From assembly GCA_963719495.1 (NCBI GenBank), contig CAVRCI010000012.1, forward strand, positions 32,001-96,000: a stretch of DNA of 64,000 nt. Direction: 5' to 3'. Shown piece after piece: positions 59,149 to 64,000 of this stretch. Each line of letters opens with the position of its first letter. Position 1 is the stretch's first letter. The notes beneath the pieces were generated by a model. That model did no database searches and was not told the DNA's origin. It saw only the letters and a list, made by a program, of their open reading frames with translations. Position numbers and translations under genes: made by a program. The DNA comes from an uncultured Verrucomicrobiae bacterium (GTDB lineage Bacteria; Verrucomicrobiota; Verrucomicrobiia; Chthoniobacterales; JAATET01).

Positions 59149-60675
59149 ATGATCCTCCTCACCACCCTCAACGCCCGCTACATCCACGCCGCCTTCGGCC
59201 TGCGGTATTTGCGCGCGAACCTCGGTGAGCTGAAGGACCGATGCGAGATCGTCGAATTCGACATCAAGCAGCGCCCCATCGAGATCGTCGAGCGCCTCCT
59301 CGCCGACCAGCCCCGCATCATCGGAATCGGAGTCTACATCTGGAACGTCCGCGAATCGCTCGAAATCGTCTCCCTCCTCAAACGCATCGCCCCCGGGGTT
59401 TGCGTCGTCCTCGGCGGTCCCGAGGTCAGCCACGAGACCGCCGGCCAACCCATCGTCGAGCTCGCCGATCACACCATCACCGGCGAAGCCGATCTCGCCT
59501 TCGCCCAATTCTGCCGCCAATACCTCGCCGGCACCCCGCCCACCGCCAAGGTCATCCACGCCACCCTGCCCACCATCGACGACATCGTCCTCCCCTACGA
59601 CGAATACGACGCCGACGACATCGCCCACCGCGTCCTCTACGTCGAGGCCTCCCGCGGCTGCCCGTTCACCTGCGAATTCTGCCTCTCCTCACTCGACGCC
59701 CCCGTCCGCCAATTCGCGCTCGAGCCCTTCCTCCGATCCCTCGACGACCTGATGCGGCGCGGCGTCCGCCAATTCAAATTCGTCGACCGCACCTTCAACC
59801 TCAACCTCAAGATCAGCGCCGCCATCCTGCAATTCTTCCTCGACCGCATCGAACCCGGCCTCTTCGTCCACTTCGAAATGGTCCCCGACCGCCTACCCGA
59901 AGCCCTGCGCGATCTCATCGTCCAATTCCCACCCGGCGCCCTGCAATTCGAGGTCGGCATCCAGACCTTCAACCCCGAAGTCGCCGCCCTCATCAGCCGT
60001 CGGCAAAATTACGACCGCCTCGCCGCGAACCTCACGTTCTTGAAGGAGGAAACCGGCGTCCACGTCCACGCCGACCTCATCTTCGGACTCCCCGGCGAAT
60101 CGCTCGAAAGCTTCGGCGAAGGTTTCGACCGCCTCGTCCGCATTGGCCCGCAGGAGATCCAGGTCGGCATGCTCAAACGCCTCCGCGGCACGCCCATCAT
60201 CCGCCACGACGCCGAGTGGGGCATGGTCTACGCCGACCACCCGCCCTACGAGATCCTCCGCACCAAGCTCGTCGACTTTGACGCCATGCAGCGCCTGCGC
60301 CGATTCGCCCGCTTCTGGGATCTCATCGGCAACAGCGGCAACTTCCCGAGCACCCTCGCCGCCCTCTGGGAAACGACTTCCTCCCCGTTCCAGGCCTTCC
60401 TCGCCCTCAGCGATTGGCTCCACGCCACCCTCGGTCGCACCAGCGCCATCCCGCTCCACACCCTTGCCGAGCTTCTCCACCGCCACCTCACCGAAGTCCA
60501 GGCCGTCCCCCCGGCCACCATCGACGCCCACCTCCGCGCCGACTACGCCGCCGCCGGCCGCACCGACCTCCCGAAGTGGCTCCGCCGCGCAGGCGACCAC
60601 GTCCGCTCCACGAGAAGAGCGACCCCCACCGACCTCCCCAAACGCCAGGCCCGCCGCACCCCCACCGCGGCCTGA
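59149..60675 (+). CDS. B12-binding radical SAM protein (DUF4080-type)
   Basis: LNARYIH, YIWN, LGGPEVS, CPFTCEFC, FVDRTFN and HADLIFGLP motifs. Confidence 0.9.
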   Translation: MILLTTLNARYIHAAFGLRYLRANLGELKDRCEIVEFDIKQRPIEIVERLLADQPRIIGIGVYIWNVRESLEIVSLLKRIAPGVCVVLGGPEVSHETAGQPIVELADHTITGEADLAFAQFCRQYLAGTPPTAKVIHATLPTIDDIVLPYDEYDADDIAHRVLYVEASRGCPFTCEFCLSSLDAPVRQFALEPFLRSLDDLMRRGVRQFKFVDRTFNLNLKISAAILQFFLDRIEPGLFVHFEMVPDRLPEALRDLIVQFPPGALQFEVGIQTFNPEVAALISRRQNYDRLAANLTFLKEETGVHVHADLIFGLPGESLESFGEGFDRLVRIGPQEIQVGMLKRLRGTPIIRHDAEWGMVYADHPPYEILRTKLVDFDAMQRLRRFARFWDLIGNSGNFPSTLAALWETTSSPFQAFLALSDWLHATLGRTSAIPLHTLAELLHRHLTEVQAVPPATIDAHLRADYAAAGRTDLPKWLRRAGDHVRSTRRATPTDLPKRQARRTPTAA

Positions 60676-61165
60676 ACCTCGTCCCCCCGGAGGGCGAGGC
60701 TCCCCCCGGAGGGCGAGGCTCCCGCCGAGCCCACTTTAAAAACCCGACTGACGTCAAATCCAAGGGACCACCGGACGCTCGTCGCCCCGGTCTCCAGCTG
60801 CCGCCGATCTCGAGTTACGGGAGTCGAAGGTCGGGAGGCCATCTTTCGGGGCGGATCCCTGGATGGCTCATCCTCCACGCCCGCGCCACGAACCGCCCGG
60901 TCCCAGCCGCCGCACTTGTCGCCCGCTTCGAAAGCAATTGCCTCGACCCCGCGACCTACCTCCTCGTCCCCGCCGTCCTCGTCGCCCGAGCGATTCGATG
61001 GACCACGCGGAGATTGATGCGGTGAGCTTTTCCCACGCAGAGACGGGGAGGCGCAGTGCTGAGGAAATCCTCACCGCACCCTTCCACAAAACCCGTCACG
61101 TTGAGCGAAGCGAAACGTCTCTGGCTTCTCACCCGCCCGACGTTCGCGTGCGGTGTAAGCCAGAA

Positions 61166-63016
61166 CTACCGGGTCACCAACTGCTCGAGCAGCGAATTGA
61201 TCCGCCGCAGCATCGCGTTCGGATCCTCCATCAGCCCCGCCGAGATCAACGCGTTGTCGTAGATCTGCTCAGTCACCTGCTTCGCCAGATCGGCGTTCGA
61301 TTCACGCGTCACGTTCAGACCCGCGATCATCGGGTGCGCCGGATTGATCTCGAGGTTCTGCTTGAACGGATTCGCCTCGCCACGGTTCAGATTTTTCAGC
61401 ATTCGCCGCATGCTCGACGTCATTCCCTTGTCGCTCTCCACGACCACCGCCGGACTGTCCACCAGCCGCGACGACACGCGCACCTCGTCGACCTTGTCGC
61501 CCAGCGTCTCTTTGAGAAAATTGCACAGCATCCGCGACGCGTCGTCGTCGAGCTTGCTCTCGCCCTTCTCGAGCTCGATCTCGGCCTTCTCCGCCGAGAC
61601 GATCAGCTTGCCGTCGAACTCGTTGAGGTGGTCCATCACGAATTCATCCCAAGGATCGAAGAGAAAAAGAACTTCCAGATTCTTCGCCTTAAGCCCCTCG
61701 TAGTAAGGGCTCGCCAGGCAGGCCTCCCGCGACGACGCCGAGATGAAGTAAATTTCCTTCTGCTCGTCGCCCATTCGCGACACGTAATCCGCGAGCGACC
61801 CCGGCGTCTCCGAAGTCGACGTCTCGTAACGCAGCAGCTTCGCCAGCGCGTCCCGGTGCGTGTAATCGCTCACGATCCCCTCCTTGAGGAAGTGGCCGAA
61901 TTCCTTGAAGAACCCCGCGAACTTGTCCGGATCACCCTTCGCCTCGTCGTCGAGAAATTTGAGGAAGCGCGTCGTGAGCACCTTGTTGATCTTCTGCAGC
62001 AGCGCGCTGTCCTGCATCGTCTCCCGCGAGATGTTCAACGGCAAATCCTCGCTGTCGACGACACCTTTGAGGAAGCGCAACCACTCGGGGAAGAGCCCCT
62101 TCGACTTCGATTGAATGAGAATCTTGCGGCAATAGAGGTGCACTTCGCTCTCGGTCTTCGGCATCCCGAGCTTCTCCATGCTGTGCGTCGGAACGAAGAG
62201 GAGCGCGCGAATCGCGAGCGGCGCGTCGGCGTTGAAGTGCAGCCGATAGAGCGGAGCCGCGCTGTCGTGGCCGATGAATTTGTAAAACTCCTCGTAGTCC
62301 GTGTCGGTGATCTCGCTTTTGTTCCGCGTCCAGATGGCGCTGATCGTGTTGACCGTTTTGCCGTTCAGCTCGATCGGCGATCCGACGAAGTTCGAATACC
62401 GCTTGATGATGGATTCGACCCGGTGCTCGTTCGCGTATTCCGAGTCATCCTCCTTGAGGTGAATGACGATCTTCGTTCCCCGCTGCAGATCGCTGGCTTC
62501 CTCCAACTCGTAACTGCTCACGCCGTCCGACGTCCAGATCCACCCCTTCGCGTCCGGCTGATAGCTCCGCGTGTAAACCGTCACCTTCTCCGCGACCATG
62601 AACGCCGAATAGAACCCAACGCCGAACTGCCCAATGATCTCCGCCGTCTCGCCGGAAGCCCCCGCCGCCGCCTTCTCCTTGATCTGTTGAAGAAACGCCT
62701 TCGATCCCGAGTGCGCGATCGTGCCAAGATTTTCGACGAGTTCCTCCTTCGTCATTCCGATCCCCGCGTCGGCAAAAGTGATCGTCTTCGCCGTGTCGTC
62801 CGTGTTCACCGCGATCTCCAGAGCCCGGTCGCCTTCGAAGACCTCCGTGCCGGAAGTCTGATGAAAACGCAGCTTCTCGGTCGCGTCGGCGGCGTTGGAA
62901 ATCAGCTCACGGATAAAGATCTCCTTATCCGTGTAGAGCGAATGGATGACGATGTTGAGAAGCTGGGCGATCTCCGCCTGGAACTCGTGTTTTTCGGGAG
63001 TGGTGGTCGTGCTCAT
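61166..63016 (-). CDS. htpG: Chaperone HtpG (Hsp90)
   Basis: IRELISNAAD, LGTIAHSG, IGQFGVGFYSAF and DLPLNISRE motifs. Confidence 0.97.
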   Translation of the reverse strand: MSTTTTPEKHEFQAEIAQLLNIVIHSLYTDKEIFIRELISNAADATEKLRFHQTSGTEVFEGDRALEIAVNTDDTAKTITFADAGIGMTKEELVENLGTIAHSGSKAFLQQIKEKAAAGASGETAEIIGQFGVGFYSAFMVAEKVTVYTRSYQPDAKGWIWTSDGVSSYELEEASDLQRGTKIVIHLKEDDSEYANEHRVESIIKRYSNFVGSPIELNGKTVNTISAIWTRNKSEITDTDYEEFYKFIGHDSAAPLYRLHFNADAPLAIRALLFVPTHSMEKLGMPKTESEVHLYCRKILIQSKSKGLFPEWLRFLKGVVDSEDLPLNISRETMQDSALLQKINKVLTTRFLKFLDDEAKGDPDKFAGFFKEFGHFLKEGIVSDYTHRDALAKLLRYETSTSETPGSLADYVSRMGDEQKEIYFISASSREACLASPYYEGLKAKNLEVLFLFDPWDEFVMDHLNEFDGKLIVSAEKAEIELEKGESKLDDDASRMLCNFLKETLGDKVDEVRVSSRLVDSPAVVVESDKGMTSSMRRMLKNLNRGEANPFKQNLEINPAHPMIAGLNVTRESNADLAKQVTEQIYDNALISAGLMEDPNAMLRRINSLLEQLVTR

Positions 63017-63150
63017 AAGGAAAATTTGGGACCGGAACCATGCCACAACCCCCAAATTAGAAAACCCAAAAGCGCGCCGCTCAAGGAGCGGCGATTTGCA
63101 ATCGCCGAACCAACCCTATCCGGCAAAGCCGGACACTCTCTCCCTAGACC

Positions 63151-63587
63151 CTACCGCCCCATCAACTCATCCATCGCCGCGTTCGCCAGCACGTCGCACC
63201 GCTCGTTCTCCCGGTGCCCGGCGTGCCCCTTCAGCCAGCGCCACTCGATCGTGTGCTTTGCCGCCGCCGCGTCGAGTTCCTTCCAGAGATCCACGTTCTT
63301 CACCGGCTGCCGCGCCTTGGTCATCCACCCGTTCTTCTTCCAGCCCGCGATCCACGACGCGATCCCGTTCTGCACGTATTTCGAATCCGTAAAAAATTCC
63401 ACCTCGCACGGCTGCACCAGCGCTTCCAGCGCCGCGATGGCCGCCTGCAGCTCCATCCGGTTATTCGTCGTCGTCGACGCTGACCCGCTCAATTCCTTGC
63501 GCTGCGTCCCGTAGACGAGCACGACCCCCCAACCGCCCGGCCCGGGATTCCCCCGGCACCCGCCGTCGGTGTGAACCACAACCCGCT

Positions 63588-63591
<4 letters not shown>
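63151..63591 (-). CDS. rnhA: Ribonuclease HI
   Basis: [25 protein letters not shown] and KGHAG..ENERCD motifs. Confidence 0.97.

Positions 63592-64000
<409 letters not shown>

Noticed and set aside
60863..63514. Long antisense ORFs (e.g. 883 aa opposite htpG, 730 aa opposite glgB, 563 aa opposite the SSS transporter)
   Set aside because: Shadow frames of high-GC genes, with low-complexity composition and no recognisable motifs.

Overview
High-GC bacterial chromosomal segment, most likely Verrucomicrobiota (inferred from gene content and order: AFTLIE-type prepilin, split nuoBC, orphan lpxA, GxxExxY gene). No rRNA, tRNA or CRISPR array was seen. Main blocks: (1) 0.3-9.7 kb lipid-modification cluster resembling the furan fatty acid genes (desaturase, FAD oxidoreductase, DUF1365, CFA-like methylase, DUF1295, second methylase), interleaved with two MGDG-synthase-like glycosyltransferases; (2) parB, lipoate ligase, lpxA paralog, IS remnant, sugar oxidoreductase/isomerase pair, nucleoside transporter; (3) 17-24.3 kb divergent cluster with an AsnB-like amidotransferase, an ATCase-like carbamoyltransferase with altered substrate site, an unannotated 39-aa membrane peptide, an SSS transporter and two carbamoyl/amide hydrolases, possibly a pathway for a carbamoylated amino acid amide; (4) housekeeping and envelope genes (gltA, glgB, RND pump, tag, tolB-pal, mrdA, tsaD, ctpA, birA, nadC, rnd, nuoBC, xerD, purC, htpG, rnhA). 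Intergenic DNA is dense in repeats: two diverged ~590-bp MITE-like elements, each with 22-bp TIRs and two long internal palindromes; a 58-bp perfect palindrome; a GxxExxY gene bracketed by inverted repeats next to an empty derivative; and several REP-like families. All calls come from reading motifs by eye, without database searches.
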